A DNA stretch of 64,000 nt from NCBI GenBank assembly GCA_002104905.1, contig MCFE01000459.1, positions 1 through 64,000 on the forward strand, read 5' to 3'. Below the pieces are notes generated by a model, which saw nothing but the letters and a program-made list of their open reading frames with translations, did not search any database and was not told the DNA's origin. Numbering within the stretch: position 1 is the first letter of the stretch; every line of letters begins with the position of its first letter. Made by a program: the position numbers and the translations under genes. Of this stretch, positions 62,027-64,000 are shown one piece after another. This stretch comes from Basidiobolus meristosporus CBS 931.73 (lineage: Eukaryota; Fungi; Basidiobolomycota).

Positions 62027-64000
62027 AGTTATGAGCCCTAAGCTGTCACTCTCTGCAATGTCTACTACTGCTATTACTGGAATTTTTCCCTTTGCTGAAA
62101 AGTAGTATGGATCTAACTACCAAGTGTGGAAGGTGAAGATGAAGATGCTGCTACAAGAAAGAGGCCTCTGATATATTGTTATGGGAGAAGAATGCCCTCC
62201 TAAAAACGTGGGAGAGGAAGCCTTAAAGTACCAGAAGAAAGAACAAAGTGCCTTTAACTGCATTTGTTTTTATGTTAAGGACAAATTGCCAATTCAATGC
62301 TCAAAAGCAAAAAGAGCAAAGAATGCCTGGAAGGCATTAGAAGACACCCACCAGTCATGTTCAGCTGCTAAGAGAATGTATTGGAGATGAAAATTCTTTA
62401 CTACAAATATGCTGCCAGGAGAAGAAATGAAATATCTCATTAACAGAATCACCCTGCTGGTAGATGAAATGGAATCTGTGGGCATACCTACTACTGATGA
62501 GGATGTGATAGTTGCCATCCTGAATAGCCTGACAGATAAGTATCAGGGCCTTGTATCAGCCCTAGAGTCCAGAACTGAAGATTTGACCTTAAATTATGCA
62601 TATAGAAGGCTCCTGGATGAAGAATTAAGAAAATCAAGCGCTGTAGTGGGGTGACAGTGACACCCACTGACAGATGTGCTCATTCCCTTATTTTCTACTT
62701 ACCTATATCTCTACTACACTTATTTTAGTTTTATCCCATTTGTCTTACCCAATCAGTACTATCCCATAAGCCGGTTGACTATCACACCTGCTTACCTTAT
62801 TGCGTAAGTTACCCCCCACTTTATGTAGGATTACTAGCTATAAGTACTTCTATATTAGGCAAGTACCCGCGCCAGTACCCGTGACACATGATCAACCCAT
62901 GTCACCATCCCTACCATTTCCATACCATATATGGTATCCCCATGTTACGCAGGTTTCAGAATACTGATTCCTGATTGGTTGGATGTGCTGTGCCTCTTAG
63001 AACCTTCCGGCACCTACTTAGAACATTCTTAGGTCATTCTGATGTCATTAAGATTTCTATTTGATATCCGGAACCTTCCGGAACACCATGATTAGTAATC
63101 ACTTAGCCAGTGAGGAAAGTATATAAGGGAGGTTATCCCTCTACAATAAATCATCAACCCTTTTATCAATATACCAACTTGTTGATTAGTGTGATCACTG
63201 CCACCTGCTGCTACCTGAACTTCCAACCCTAGACCACAGGACACTCCCAGGAAACCATGCTGACAGCCAACTGACCTTGGAGGCACTGCTTGTGAGGAAT
63301 ACTTAGAGTAGGTATCTTTTATTATATTTGATTCTTTCCCAAGTTTGTTCTTGTACAGGCAAAGATACTTTTCTGTCTTTGTAACTATTGACCACAGCTG
63401 CATTCTTATCAAGTCCCTGCTGGTGGAGTTTACAGTTGTTTTGACTTTGGAAGCTTTAGTACATTGTCATCTCAAAGGACGCTGAACCCAGCACATACTT
63501 TTGTTAAGACGCCAACCAAGTTGGGGATTGTAGCTCAATAGTTTTCCCTTGACAAGCTTGTGGCTTTATTCCCCTTCACATTAGATTAGAGACAGAATCC
63601 AAGTATTCCTAGCAAGCTTTTGCCAGAGGTTATTACACCCAGAGAACACCCCACACAAAACACTTGAGAAGTGTTGGATGTATCTCTCCCCTGGACCTAT
63701 ACACCACCACCACAGTGCCAATAAGAAGGAAGAAGAAAATGCTTTAATAAGCAGTGATAAACAACAGAGGAGGTACCCATGACCCTACAATGGCTAAAGC
63801 AACCTACTTTGCAACTACTACAACAGGAAAGGTCACACATCAGACTGGTGTCTCAAAAAGAGAGATAATCACCAAAAGAAGACTGAATATGGAAATGCTG
63901 CAACAACTGAAGATAGACTATTCATATCTGCACTAAATATGACCACAAACAAGTATTCTCAGACATGGTATACTGACCCTGGAGCATCTCAACACTTTAT
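61678..64000 (+). mobile_element. Copia-D copy 3, sharing its 5' LTR with the 3' LTR of copy 2; runs off the window
   Basis: The LTR ending at 62026 is followed by AGTTATGAGCCC and a new gag, which is split by LTR-B copy 3. Confidence 0.87.
62642..63714. mobile_element. LTR-B, probable solo LTR (1073 bp), copy 3
   Basis: TGTAGTGGGG...CACCACCACA; flanks GCGC (62638-62641) and GTGC (63715-63718); retains more CpG than copies 1 and 2. Confidence 0.85.

Noticed and set aside
1-64000. Classical ascomycete RIP (CpA->TpA)
   Set aside because: The changes I could align are at CpG with varied 5' bases, and CpA/TpG dinucleotides are abundant rather than depleted.

Overview
This 64-kb window is eukaryotic DNA made almost entirely of nested transposable elements; I recognise no host gene, RNA gene or CRISPR array. 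Six families recur. (1) A PHIS/Harbinger-related DNA transposon with AGACTTGTTC...GAACAAGTCT ends, 3-bp AAT/ATT target duplications (Pangu-like), a DDE_Tnp_4-type transposase and a divergent ORF2, plus a 734-bp fold-back MITE. (2) A Ty3/Gypsy family ('Gypsy-A', 368-bp LTR) with one full-length copy (20772-25709: identical LTRs, 1377-aa Gag-Pol, but an integrase D->N change), two broken copies and a solo LTR. (3) A 1.07-kb TG...CA element ('LTR-B', probably a solo LTR) in three copies, each at a reconstructed CpG-centred 4-bp target. (4, 5) Two Ty1/Copia families ('Copia-C', 'Copia-D') with half-tRNAiMet-type primer sites, both inserted into copies of themselves. (6) A CMC/EnSpm (CACTA-related, tnp2) DNA transposon with probable CCC...GGG ends and a divergent ORF2. 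Sister copies differ mainly by CpG->TpG/CpA changes, consistent with methylated heterochromatin. The most interesting leads are the CpG-centred targeting of LTR-B, a -1 frameshift at an A_AAG_GGA heptamer shared by two Copia-C copies between IN and RT, the Pangu-like element with its two-same-ends hairpin MITE, and repeated like-into-like nesting. Family names are my labels, and boundaries of degenerate fragments are approximate.
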